A stretch of 64,000 bases of DNA from the IMG/VR virus record IMGVR_UViG_3300009154_000049, one strand, 5' to 3'. The DNA comes from an uncultured virus (IMG/VR IMGVR_UViG_3300009154_000049). Its lineage: Duplodnaviria > Heunggongvirae > Uroviricota > Caudoviricetes. Within the stretch, counting starts at the first letter, position 1. Each line of letters starts with the position of its first letter. The notes under the pieces are model-generated. The model saw only the letters and a list, made by a program, of their open reading frames with translations, was not told the DNA's origin and did no database searches. The position numbers and the translations under genes are program-made. This document shows, in pieces, positions 54,547 through 64,000 of this stretch.

Positions 54547-57365
54547 CGTTCCTGCTCCAACTGTGCTATCCTGGCCTGCAGGTCTTCGATCTGTGCCTGC
54601 TGTTCTTTTACAGCTTCTATCAGCAGTGCAGTCAGTTTCTCATACTGAACAGTTAGGTAGTTCTCACCGCTCTTACTGCCAGTGCTGCTGTTGATATCAA
54701 GATCAAACGGCGCTGGTCGCACTGCTTCGGGTAGCACTGCCTGCACTTCCTGCGCTATCACACCCACATCGTGCATCTGAGTCGGTTCGAAACCAAGGTC
54801 CTTGACCATGGGTTTCCAATCAAAAGTCACACCTCTGAGGCTGAGTACCTTGCGCAGAGCATTGGGTATCTGTACCAAGTTTTCCTTGAGCCTATTGTCC
54901 GAGCTATAAGCTGTGATTTCGTTTGTTGCGCTAAATGCTCCAGTGTCTGCGAAGGTAAACAGGACGCTGTTATAAGCGTTATTGATTATCTCTATGCCAC
55001 CACTTTGGTTGATTCGTATGAACTTAGTAGGTGTGGTAGCACTCGCATAGGTGTTGGTCAGCGTAAAAATGCCAGCATAGACGGCACCGCCATATGTATT
55101 ATTGTTGGATATAGTCATGGCCGATGCGCCGCTGCTGCCGCCGTTGGTGCTGTTTATGGTAGCAAACGTCACGTTGCTGCTGGTGCTAACGGCCTGGCCT
55201 ATGCTGATGGTGCCTGTGGTGGTTATGGGACTAGGGCTCAGCGTAACGCCTGTGCCTGCGGCAAGGTTGGTTACTGTGCCGCCGCCGCTGGGGCCAGTTG
55301 GACCTGTGGTAACTGACGTGGGACCAGTTGGACCAGTAACCGTGCTGGTAGCGCCAGTTGGACCAGTTGGACCAGTAACCGTGCTGGTAGCGCCGGTGGG
55401 TCCAGTATATCCAGTTGGACCAGTAACCGTGCTGGTAGCGCCAGTTGGACCAGTGTATCCAGTGTAGCCAGTATAACCTGTAGGACCAGTTGGTCCTCCG
55501 TTTGGTCCTGTGGGACCTGTGGGAGATGCAGTGCTGGTGATGAATATGCTGCCAGGACTGTTGGTTATGCTGATACCCGAGCCTGCTGTCAGGGTGCTGA
55601 GAGTGTAGTTGGTACCATTGCCTATCAGCAGCTGACCACTGGTAGGCACGGTGTTCAAACCAGTACCACCACTGCCCACTGGCAAGGGATTGGTCATTGT
55701 GACCACGCCGTTGCTGTTGATGCGCTGTGCTTCTGCGTAAACCTCTGAGCCAATGCCGCCAGTGAAGTAGCCAAACTTCAGTCCACCACCCGTGAGTGCG
55801 ACTATGTTGCCACCACCTGCTGCGCCACCCGATACCAGTTCCAAGCCGCCGCCTGTGCTGGCAAATACGGTCAGTGCTGTGTTGGTGTTGTTGCTGGGTG
55901 TGAACGTGCCTATGCCCACTGCGCCCTGTATGCTGGCGCCGTTGGTGTTGGAGGTCAGCGGCGCTGTGCCTACGTAGCTGTTGCCAACCACCAAACCGCC
56001 GTTGATCTCCATGGTGTTCTGTGGTTGCGTGACAGCGTTTATGCCCACGCGATAGTTAGTGCTGACATAGCTCCATGCTATAGCCGGAGAGGTCGCCGCG
56101 CTGTCGCCCCTGCGCAGATAGCCAATGCTCTGTGGTATCGTTGGATCATAGCCCAGCACAGCACCAAAGCTGATCACGTTGCCCACGGTGATCTCTTGGC
56201 GTGCTGCGTTGCCTGGCCTGCTGTTAAACAGCACATAATCTGAGCCATAGAGGCTGAACTGATAGGCAGGCGTAGCTGTGCCTATGCCCAAGCGCTTGTT
56301 GGAGTTGTCCCAGACGAAGCTGCTGCCGTCACCTGTGAAAGTGTTGCTGGTTCCAGCTACCTGTATGGTGCTGATGGGACCATAGCTCTGGCTGCTACCG
56401 CTGCCGGTGCTTGCTGTGGTCTGCCTAGTACCATCAGGGAAGATGATGCCGCTGCTGGTGCTGGCCGTGTTGCTGATCACAACGTTGCCCCAGACCCAGA
56501 GGTTGCTGCTGTTTGTCGTGGTAGCGATTCCCACACCGCTGCTGGTTCCGATTCCCAGAGCACCAAAGAATGTGCTGACTCTGCCACCGACGTTGATGTT
56601 GCCACCAATGCCGGCTCCGCCATTGATCAGCAGGGCCCCAGTGGTGCTGCCAGTGCTGGTCGTGCTATTGCCTATGAATAGGTTTCCAACCAACACTGGT
56701 CCGCTGAGATAGCTGGCCACGTTGGTGTTTGAATACACGGTACCAGTGCTGGCAGTGATGAGGAAACTGCCGTCGGAAAAGTAGATGCCGCTTTGCCCCA
56801 GCGTGTTCTTGAGGATCACGTTGCCATAGAGACTGCTGCTGCCATAGACAGCAAACACATTGGACAGGCCCAGGGTGCTGCTAGTACCTATGCCGAGGTT
56901 ACCACCTATGGTGCTGTTGGTGCTTACTGACACGTTGAAATTGCCAGTGACACTGGCATTCCCAGCTATGGTCACATTACCAGTGACACCGACATTACCA
57001 TTTACAGCGACATTGCCTGATATCGCAGCACCATTGGTGACTGATATGCCCTGCCTGAAGTTGGCAGACACGTTGGCATCAAATCCATACAGAGGTGTGG
57101 TAGTACCTATGCCCACGTTGCCGGCAAAGATCGCAGTGTTGGACACGGTAATGCCCCGCCTGAAGTTGGCAGACACGTTGGCATCAAATCCATACAGAGG
57201 TGTGGTAGTACCTATTCCCACGTTGCCAGTGGTGCTGGCCAGCACCACCATGCTGCCGCTGGCAGTGACCGTGCCGCTGTTGCCAGTGACCATGACCTGG
57301 TTAGGTGGATACTGCGTGTTGTTGTCCGTGCTGGCCATGCCAGGAAACGGGACGAAATCAACCAA
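54543..57365 (-). CDS. tail fibre with short collagen segment and C-terminal Peptidase S74 intramolecular chaperone
   Basis: SD.RLKEN...RGVTF.W...[12 protein letters not shown]...V.YEKL..LLIEA.KE; probable TTG start at 57365 after GGAG. Confidence 0.9.
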   Translation of the reverse strand: MVDFVPFPGMASTDNNTQYPPNQVMVTGNSGTVTASGSMVVLASTTGNVGIGTTTPLYGFDANVSANFRRGITVSNTAIFAGNVGIGTTTPLYGFDANVSANFRQGISVTNGAAISGNVAVNGNVGVTGNVTIAGNASVTGNFNVSVSTNSTIGGNLGIGTSSTLGLSNVFAVYGSSSLYGNVILKNTLGQSGIYFSDGSFLITASTGTVYSNTNVASYLSGPVLVGNLFIGNSTTSTGSTTGALLINGGAGIGGNINVGGRVSTFFGALGIGTSSGVGIATTTNSSNLWVWGNVVISNTASTSSGIIFPDGTRQTTASTGSGSSQSYGPISTIQVAGTSNTFTGDGSSFVWDNSNKRLGIGTATPAYQFSLYGSDYVLFNSRPGNAARQEITVGNVISFGAVLGYDPTIPQSIGYLRRGDSAATSPAIAWSYVSTNYRVGINAVTQPQNTMEINGGLVVGNSYVGTAPLTSNTNGASIQGAVGIGTFTPSNNTNTALTVFASTGGGLELVSGGAAGGGNIVALTGGGLKFGYFTGGIGSEVYAEAQRINSNGVVTMTNPLPVGSGGTGLNTVPTSGQLLIGNGTNYTLSTLTAGSGISITNSPGSIFITSTASPTGPTGPNGGPTGPTGYTGYTGYTGPTGATSTVTGPTGYTGPTGATSTVTGPTGPTGATSTVTGPTGPTSVTTGPTGPSGGGTVTNLAAGTGVTLSPSPITTTGTISIGQAVSTSSNVTFATINSTNGGSSGASAMTISNNNTYGGAVYAGIFTLTNTYASATTPTKFIRINQSGGIEIINNAYNSVLFTFADTGAFSATNEITAYSSDNRLKENLVQIPNALRKVLSLRGVTFDWKPMVKDLGFEPTQMHDVGVIAQEVQAVLPEAVRPAPFDLDINSSTGSKSGENYLTVQYEKLTALLIEAVKEQQAQIEDLQARIAQLEQER
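57053..57227. repeat. ~70-nt direct repeat, 105-nt period
   Basis: GCCTGAAGTTGGCAGACACGTTGGCATCAAATCCATACAGAGGTGTGGTAGTACCTAT(G/T)CCCACGTTGCC at 57053 and 57158. Confidence 0.9.
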
Positions 57366-57453
57366 GGTACGGCTCCTCAAGAATGCTTGATATTTATCCG
57401 TGGTCTTGGCAACTATCCAATCGCCATGTATACTGTGGCCAGGGAGACATCAC

Positions 57454-57915
57454 ATGCACATACACCAAGTCATGACAGCTGCCAGCTATAGGATGGTCGA
57501 GGGTCGCGACTGGCTCTGGGACTTTTTAGGCAAGGATTGCCGAGAGATACTGTTTGAAAGCTGGGGTCTGCACGACAGCAACGAACACTTTCCTGTGAGC
57601 ACTGTGTTCCACTGCAGCACCGGCGATGTCCGACAGCTCACGGTAGAGACCAAAGACGGTGCGTGGCGATGGATGTCACAGCAGTGCCATGCTGGTTACA
57701 TCCTAGCCTGTGCGGATCTGGGTGAGCAGCCTTGGCAGGAAAAAGGCATAACCTGGGTCACAGACCCTGTTGAGATCGTCGACATGATCGCAGCTGCCCT
57801 ACATCCAGATCGTAGGCCCGATGATGCCGACGAGAGCTATCGCTGGAGCAGCAGCGGTGACATGATAGTAGAGCGCGACGATGGCACCGGCTGGGTCAGC
57901 GTCAACCCAGATTGA
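57454..57915 (+). CDS. hypothetical protein, lone + strand gene in the fibre array
   Basis: GGGAGA RBS; TTGGCA-N17-TATACT upstream (57406-57434). Confidence 0.75.
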   Translation: MHIHQVMTAASYRMVEGRDWLWDFLGKDCREILFESWGLHDSNEHFPVSTVFHCSTGDVRQLTVETKDGAWRWMSQQCHAGYILACADLGEQPWQEKGITWVTDPVEIVDMIAAALHPDRRPDDADESYRWSSSGDMIVERDDGTGWVSVNPD

Positions 57916-60900
57916 TCAAGCCTGGGCTTCTGTCCAGCTCAGTCGTGCCTGTATGTTCTTGGATCCAACGTCGATGTTCTGCGCCACAACAGTGAGAACG
58001 TCCGGTCCGTCTGGATATACCTGCTGACCAGCGATGTTGTTGGTTCCGCCGCCTAGTATTGAGTTACCAAGATCGCGCACGATGGTCAGATCCTGCTGTG
58101 TAACCGCATAGGTGGTACCACCTGCTGTGGCAGCGAAGAACGCGAAGATGTTCTCACCACCCACGATGGTGGTGCCGATGGGATGATATGCCACCTGCGC
58201 CAAGCTGGAACCGCCAACACCTTGGAACGTGCTGGTCGTTGGTGCTTGGATCACACCATTCAGCACCAGAGTCATGAGGAACAGACCGTTGCTGGCCAAG
58301 TCAACTTCAAACGGGCTCAGCTGCATGTGGTTAATGATTTCTTTGGTACCAAGCGGGCCTGTGATGCCGCCCTGCACTGATGGTCCTATGCGAATGCTCA
58401 ACAACGCCGCACGCTGGTTCTGACCCACGCTGAGTGCGCTGACCATGCCCGCGATGAACACGAATGATTTATCGTTGTCAAACTTACCATCCATGATCAC
58501 AGATGTTCCCCAGTGCGCGATGCTTGGCGTGAAGAACGGTGCGTGCTGTTGTATGCCTATGGGTAATGTAGCAGCATAGGTATGTGTGGTATTGGCATTG
58601 GCCATCTGCAGCGTGGTCAGCGTTATGCTGTTGGTCGCAGTGGGTGCTTGGTTCAGCGTGATGGTGTTGGGTGAACCATAGGTTATCTTCTGTATGTAGG
58701 TATTGCTGGGTATGCCCGTGCCCGTCACATACATGCCTGCCTGTATGCTGGCATTGTAGAGGCTGGTGCTAGTGGTGATGTTGGCATTGCCGCTGGTCGT
58801 GCTCACGCTGGCCACAGTACCAGCTGTCTGCCCTCTGGTGGTAACGTTGAAGCTGGTGGCTGTCTTGCTGTCATAGCTGACATATTCTGGATTGTTGTAG
58901 TCCTTGATCACCAATATGCCGTTGGTAGGGAATGCTGCGGTGTTGGCCACGTTCAGAGTGGTGGCACTAGCGGCAAATGTGCTGGTCAGCTGCGTCTCAG
59001 GCACTTCGTTGTTGACCTCATAGTGGCCTGGCAGGTTACCTGAGCGCATGTAGGATAGGTACTGCACGTTGTTGTGCTGCAGCTTGTGAGCATAGTAGAT
59101 GTTACCGTCAACGGTACGCACTCCCCAGCGCACGAAGCCTGCGCCATACCAGCTGTAGTCCACGTACCACATCTGTATCTTGGTTAGATCTATGACATAT
59201 CCACTTGGACCAGTGCCATCCAGCTTGTCAATGTTGAACGTGTTCTGCGCAATGCGCAGATCCTGCACCTTGCTGACCTGTGCCTGGCTGATGCTGGCAC
59301 CGCGATAGGGCGGGCTGATGGTCATTGAAGTGTTGCTGAGTATCTGCAGCACGCGATAGGTCTGACCACGTATGACTATGTAATCAAACGGTACCAACTG
59401 TGTGGCAAACTGCGTGGCAGCATTGTCACCAGTACCAGTGGTCAAGCCAGTTACCGTGCCGCTGCCCTGAGTGACGCTGACGTAACCAGTTATCTGTTGC
59501 GTGGCTGATCTGCGCACAGCATACAGCGTCTGCCCGTCAAATTCCCAGTAGATACCGTTCTGCTGTTCAAACAAGCCCATGCGCACCTTGCTGCCAAACC
59601 ATGCGTTTGGACCTATCTGAGGTATGCCTGCGCAGGTGGTGCTGCCCAGCGTCTGTTGCGCATACACATTCAAGGTATAAGCATCCGGTGTCTGCTGCAC
59701 AGTGTAATTGCCAGCATAACCACTAGTGATGCCATTGACACCAGTGCTGATGGCACTGTTGCTCACGTAGACGTTGGCACCAGCTGATAAGAAGTGCGGA
59801 GATTTGGTCTTGATGGTTATCACTGCACCCACACCTGTGTCGTTAGCTGTGATGGTGTCTGTGGGGATTGGTGGCTTGACAATGGTGCCAGTGCTGACCT
59901 GTATGCCTTTGCCTGATTGATAGCGGAAATATCTGCGCGTCTGGCGTATCACGCTGACATTGTGCGCAACTGGGTTGCCCGTGCTGAAGAACACGCCTCC
60001 GTCAAAAGCCCTGTGGCTGATCACGAGATCGTTGCGAGGTATCACGTTGGCCACGTTTGATCCAGTGGCTGGTATGGCATTCAGCGACACTTGGAAGCTG
60101 CTGTCGTTGGTATATCCTACCACCGTCCATGATCCGTTAAAGGTGCTTACGTTTGAGTTTGATACCAACACACCGTTGCCTACCTGCAGTCCGTGCGGCT
60201 GTGCCATGGTAAACGTCGCTGTGGTGCCACCCGAAGCGAATGTGATGTTGCCCGTGCTGCTGTTCAGTGCGTAGGCAGCACCGGTGTATAGGAACCCTGG
60301 GAACACGGTGGTCGCGCTGGGGTTGAATATGCTGCCAGTAGTGCCTGTGTAGGCATATCTGCTGGTGGCCACGAGACCGTTGCCGTATTGGTTGGTGTTG
60401 TCGATGTTGAACCAACCATTGGCGCCGGCAAAGTTGGTGTCAGCCACGTACATGGACTGTCCTGCCACGGGTAGCTGTTGGTTCATGAAGTTATAGGCGG
60501 CAGCGGGATTGATCTGATTGAGGGTGTTGGCTGCCAGGGTGAGGCTGGTGTCGCTGTTGATAACTGACACAGTACCCACTGGTGTGTAGCTGCTGGTGAA
60601 CAGGTAATAACCAACCTGCAGCTGCTGAGTGAACAGCGTGTTGGTTCCAACCACAGCGTTGGTACCACTTGAAACCAGTATGGTACCTGAGCCTGCTGTG
60701 AAGCCCACGTTCACTGTGAACACAGTGCTGGTGGCTGCGGCATTGATGTCGCTGACGTTCAGCGGATTGTTGACGTTGTAGTAAGCACCTGGCTTGTTGT
60801 TGGTCAGAGTTGTGAGTTCCCACTTGGTGGGCTGCAGTCCATATTCAAAGTCAGTGTCGATCAGTGCCTGTGGTTCTGATACTCTGCTCTTGCCAACTGG

Positions 60901-61215
60901 ATCAAGCTGTAATTCAGATGGTGCCACGTAATCATTTTGCTCATCAACCAGTATCTGCAGCTGATCAGTGCTCTTGAAGTTGCTGCCTGTGGTGTTGTAG
61001 GCCACCGTGATCAGCGTGTTCACGCTGCCTGGAGTGGTCACATAGTCATAGGCAAATGTAGCCAACAGATTCTGGTCGCTGAAATTATAGATGACAGTGT
61101 TGTTGGTCACGTCCGTGATCAGCAACAGCCTCTGCTGTGCTATGTAACCTGGCACGGTTATCAGCTTGGCAGCCGGGGTGAAAGTGTAGTATACCTGTGG
61201 TGTTACCCTACGCAT
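57916..61215 (-). CDS. large virion structural protein (1099 aa)
   Basis: DPVGK.RVS.PQALIDTDFEYGLQ.TKWE and RQTRRYFRYQSGKG motifs recognised from T4-like/jumbo phage virion proteins; AGGAG RBS. Confidence 0.85.
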   Translation of the reverse strand: MRRVTPQVYYTFTPAAKLITVPGYIAQQRLLLITDVTNNTVIYNFSDQNLLATFAYDYVTTPGSVNTLITVAYNTTGSNFKSTDQLQILVDEQNDYVAPSELQLDPVGKSRVSEPQALIDTDFEYGLQPTKWELTTLTNNKPGAYYNVNNPLNVSDINAAATSTVFTVNVGFTAGSGTILVSSGTNAVVGTNTLFTQQLQVGYYLFTSSYTPVGTVSVINSDTSLTLAANTLNQINPAAAYNFMNQQLPVAGQSMYVADTNFAGANGWFNIDNTNQYGNGLVATSRYAYTGTTGSIFNPSATTVFPGFLYTGAAYALNSSTGNITFASGGTTATFTMAQPHGLQVGNGVLVSNSNVSTFNGSWTVVGYTNDSSFQVSLNAIPATGSNVANVIPRNDLVISHRAFDGGVFFSTGNPVAHNVSVIRQTRRYFRYQSGKGIQVSTGTIVKPPIPTDTITANDTGVGAVITIKTKSPHFLSAGANVYVSNSAISTGVNGITSGYAGNYTVQQTPDAYTLNVYAQQTLGSTTCAGIPQIGPNAWFGSKVRMGLFEQQNGIYWEFDGQTLYAVRRSATQQITGYVSVTQGSGTVTGLTTGTGDNAATQFATQLVPFDYIVIRGQTYRVLQILSNTSMTISPPYRGASISQAQVSKVQDLRIAQNTFNIDKLDGTGPSGYVIDLTKIQMWYVDYSWYGAGFVRWGVRTVDGNIYYAHKLQHNNVQYLSYMRSGNLPGHYEVNNEVPETQLTSTFAASATTLNVANTAAFPTNGILVIKDYNNPEYVSYDSKTATSFNVTTRGQTAGTVASVSTTSGNANITTSTSLYNASIQAGMYVTGTGIPSNTYIQKITYGSPNTITLNQAPTATNSITLTTLQMANANTTHTYAATLPIGIQQHAPFFTPSIAHWGTSVIMDGKFDNDKSFVFIAGMVSALSVGQNQRAALLSIRIGPSVQGGITGPLGTKEIINHMQLSPFEVDLASNGLFLMTLVLNGVIQAPTTSTFQGVGGSSLAQVAYHPIGTTIVGGENIFAFFAATAGGTTYAVTQQDLTIVRDLGNSILGGGTNNIAGQQVYPDGPDVLTVVAQNIDVGSKNIQARLSWTEAQA

Positions 61216-61236
61216 CGTGCTCTCCTAACGCCCCCA

Positions 61237-64000
61237 TCAGTCTGCCATCGCCACGTTCAGCGCTTTGAATGGATATGTCACATTGTTGTTTATCGGCGTC
61301 ACATTTGTGAGGATGCGACCGCTGAAGTCCTGCTGCTGTGACGGAGCGCGGGCAAATGTTATGGTGTTTCCGTTGGTCAGCTTGTAACCCCTGTTGAATA
61401 TCGTCACTTCATTCAGATCCACTAAGTCAGGCAGCGTGATGAACGGTGCCAACACCGCGCCACCAACTGCGACCAGCAGCTGCTGAGGTGTTGCGATATT
61501 TATGTTAGTAGAACCAATGCTGAGATTGAAACTTGTGGTGATGCCATCAAAGGCCGTGCTGATGTCGTTGAGCACCAGCACCCTGTTGGCCGTGGTCTGG
61601 TAGGTGCCATCGGCAAACACCAGCGCAGCCCCTAGATTCACGTTGCCGGTCAGAGTGCTGGCCCCTGCGACGGCGAGGTTTCCGCCAGTGGTGAGATTGC
61701 CGCCAAAGCTGCCGAACCCGCCGAAGGCACCATATCCACCTATGCTGAGGTTGCCATTGAGGCTCTCCACTCCGCTGACAGTGAGGTTGCCACCCACGGT
61801 GAGGTTGTTGCCCACGCTGACGCTGCCTGCGAAGCTGGCACCATCTTGGCTCATAAGCATGCCTGAGCCGCCAGCTGGCTTGAAGATGTTGACGTTGCCG
61901 TAGAAGTTGCTGTTGCCCACCACCACGAAGGCTTGATTGTTGTTGCTGGTGCCTATGCCCACGTTGCCAGTGAATATGTCACCGCTCCTGCGCACAACAT
62001 CACCTATGGCAAAGGTCATGCTGCTGACGATCTCCACGTTGGCGCCAGCTGATAAACCGTTTACTAGATTGACAGTGTTGCCGTCAGTGGCCGTAAAGTC
62101 CGTGGCATAGACCAGCTTGATGCCGTTGACATAGACGTCAACATAGCCCGGCGCATATGGTCCGTTGCTGAGGAAGGAAGCTTGTCCTGCGCTGGCCACA
62201 TAGAGTGCCCTGCGCTGTGTGGCTAATCCACCCACGGTGCTGCCCTGCGTCCAACCCTGGAACTGCAGCACGCTGCCCACGTCTGGAGGCACTACAAACT
62301 GCACCGTGGTGCCATCTGTGGCAGTGAAATCGTAGTTGAGCAACAGCTTGACACCGTTGCTGTAGACGTCGAGATAGCCAGGTGTGTAGGTAAATCCTGT
62401 GTTGAACGTGGTGGTGTTTGCCACCTGCACGTTGTACACATAGTTGCCCTGTATCTGCGTGGTCCCACCACTGTTCCAGCCCTGCAGCTGCACTATGGAT
62501 CCCACCTGCGGCGCAGCAGCAAAGGTCACGGTGTTGCCGTCTGATGCCGTGAAGTCAAATCCTTGGACCAGTCGCACACCATTGAGGAACACGTTCAAGT
62601 AACCTGGAGCATAGTTGAATCCTGCTTCGTAGAGAGTGACGCTTGGCGCGGTTACTGCAAACACATTGTTGCCGCTTATGGCATAACCTGTGGGTGCGAT
62701 GGCCACGGTTATGGTCAGCTTTATCTCGACCCTGGCGTATTGAACTGCACCAGTGGACATAATTATGTTGGTGCCAACCCAGCTGTAGGTGCTGATCCTT
62801 TGGTACACCCCGTTGACAAAAACCTGCGTGAGGTTCAGACCTTGACCAGAGATGGTGTAGGGATAGACTGAGAACGTGGTCTGGCCTGCCGTGGCTGTGA
62901 AGGTAAAGGTCTGTATGGTGGTGTTTGCGCTTATCTGATTAACGCTGTTGAGGAAGGTACCATCAGCAAACACTATGCCATTGTTCTGTCCGGTGCTGTC
63001 TCCCACGTGAACGTTGCCCCACACATCCAGGGTGTAGGATGGGAAGCTGGTGCCTATGCCCACGCTGTTGGTGTTGGCAAAGTACACCAAGTTGTTGTTG
63101 CCGCCGAAGCTGCCATTGTTGTTGTACTGTATGCTGGTGTTTGAGCCGCCTGGTGAGCTACCACCTCCTCCGCCTCCCATGCTGGCAGTGTACTGATAGG
63201 TGCCATCAGGGAAATAGATACCTACATTGCTGCTAGTGCCAGTGCCGCGCAGCACGATGTTGCCATAGATGTTGCTGCTGCCGTACACGCTCATGACGTT
63301 GCCTGTGGCGCCAAGGCTGCTAGCAGTGCCTATGCCCACGTTACCAGCAAACGTGCTGGTGGTGGCTGGTCCAACATTGAGATTACCACCTATTCCTGCT
63401 CCGCCGGCCACTGTGAGTGCGCCTGTGGTTGATGAAGTGCTGGCCGTGGCATTGCTGATGCTGAGATTACCTATCTGCACAGGTCCGCTGAGATAGCTAG
63501 CAACGTTGGCATTGCTGTAGCTGCCACCACCACCTGCGGTGACCAGATAGGACCCGTCTGCGAAATAGATACCAGCAGTGCTACCTGCTGCTTTCTGTAT
63601 GACCAAGTTACCATACAGTGTTTCGGTGCCGTACACTGTAAACACATTGCTGCTCACACCGAGATTGCTGCTGGTACCGATGCCCACGGAGTTGGCAAAC
63701 AAGCTGCGTGATCCGCCCACGTTGATGTTGCCTGCGATACCCGCGCCGCCTGAGACTGTGAGCGCACCAGTTGCTGTGCTGATGCTAGAGTTGCTGCTGT
63801 TAATGCTTACATTTTGGCCAAACGCACCGTAGACGTTGCTGATCACAGCATTCATCGTGGCAGTGCCACTGGCCTGTATATAGGTGTTGCTGATCAGGCT
63901 GTTGACCTGTGATAACCCTGCGATGTTCAGATTGGCACCGTAGATATTGGCATTGCTGATCAGCTGATTGACTGTTGCTAAGCCAGTGGTGTTCAGCGTG
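61237..64000 (-). CDS. long fibre protein, 5'-partial (continues past the window edge)
   Basis: Frame stays open upstream of ATG 63855 to the window end (TLNTTGLATVNQLISN...); repeated V..NG..L...DFTA.DG units; DIS..FDG.T..F.L C-terminal domain. Confidence 0.85.
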   Translation of the reverse strand, partial: TLNTTGLATVNQLISNANIYGANLNIAGLSQVNSLISNTYIQASGTATMNAVISNVYGAFGQNVSINSSNSSISTATGALTVSGGAGIAGNINVGGSRSLFANSVGIGTSSNLGVSSNVFTVYGTETLYGNLVIQKAAGSTAGIYFADGSYLVTAGGGGSYSNANVASYLSGPVQIGNLSISNATASTSSTTGALTVAGGAGIGGNLNVGPATTSTFAGNVGIGTASSLGATGNVMSVYGSSNIYGNIVLRGTGTSSNVGIYFPDGTYQYTASMGGGGGGSSPGGSNTSIQYNNNGSFGGNNNLVYFANTNSVGIGTSFPSYTLDVWGNVHVGDSTGQNNGIVFADGTFLNSVNQISANTTIQTFTFTATAGQTTFSVYPYTISGQGLNLTQVFVNGVYQRISTYSWVGTNIIMSTGAVQYARVEIKLTITVAIAPTGYAISGNNVFAVTAPSVTLYEAGFNYAPGYLNVFLNGVRLVQGFDFTASDGNTVTFAAAPQVGSIVQLQGWNSGGTTQIQGNYVYNVQVANTTTFNTGFTYTPGYLDVYSNGVKLLLNYDFTATDGTTVQFVVPPDVGSVLQFQGWTQGSTVGGLATQRRALYVASAGQASFLSNGPYAPGYVDVYVNGIKLVYATDFTATDGNTVNLVNGLSAGANVEIVSSMTFAIGDVVRRSGDIFTGNVGIGTSNNNQAFVVVGNSNFYGNVNIFKPAGGSGMLMSQDGASFAGSVSVGNNLTVGGNLTVSGVESLNGNLSIGGYGAFGGFGSFGGNLTTGGNLAVAGASTLTGNVNLGAALVFADGTYQTTANRVLVLNDISTAFDGITTSFNLSIGSTNINIATPQQLLVAVGGAVLAPFITLPDLVDLNEVTIFNRGYKLTNGNTITFARAPSQQQDFSGRILTNVTPINNNVTYPFKALNVAMAD

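Noticed and set aside
33432..63832. Numerous + strand ORFs (MPLP/TLP/PVV-rich) opposite the fibre genes
   Set aside because: Shadow frames produced by Gly/Asn/Thr/Val codon bias on the coding strand; no RBS or promoter.
31177..64000. Diversity-generating retroelement or invertase shufflon acting on fibre genes
   Set aside because: No reverse transcriptase or recombinase in the window, no repeat pair differing only at adenines, and repeats are direct and in-frame rather than inverted.

Overview
A 64-kb segment of a large lytic myovirus-type (jumbo) phage genome read in the standard genetic code. An alphaproteobacterial host is inferred from a DUF1127 gene and TTGACA-N16-(GC)TATNNT promoters; T4-type late transcription is inferred from TAAATA boxes before about 20 genes. 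(1) 1-6.4 kb: 12 tRNA genes, several non-canonical, surrounding an ~893-nt promoter-driven structured non-coding RNA (1205-2097). Its ends form a perfect 9-bp helix and it carries an internal tRNA-like CAT domain; it is most likely a GOLLD-class RNA. A free-standing PD-(D/E)XK endonuclease lies beside tRNA-Ser and a tRNA-Ser 3' remnant. (2) 3-21 kb: accessory genes including an FTR1 iron permease, SGNH hydrolase, glycosyltransferase, B12 radical SAM enzyme, methyltransferases, RNase H-like YkuK, RNA ligase, secreted nuclease, flavodoxin-like reductase, Dps and IscA. (3) 21-31 kb: baseplate-like and collagen-like virion genes, a stand-alone DnaE fragment, GroES and a clamp loader. (4) 31-64 kb: a minus-strand array of about 18 fibre, lectin and chaperone genes built from shared modules: a ~90-aa repeat in 12 copies, shared N- and C-terminal peptides, and interleaved LamG domains. 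All protein and RNA family calls come from motif recognition by eye; no searches were run.
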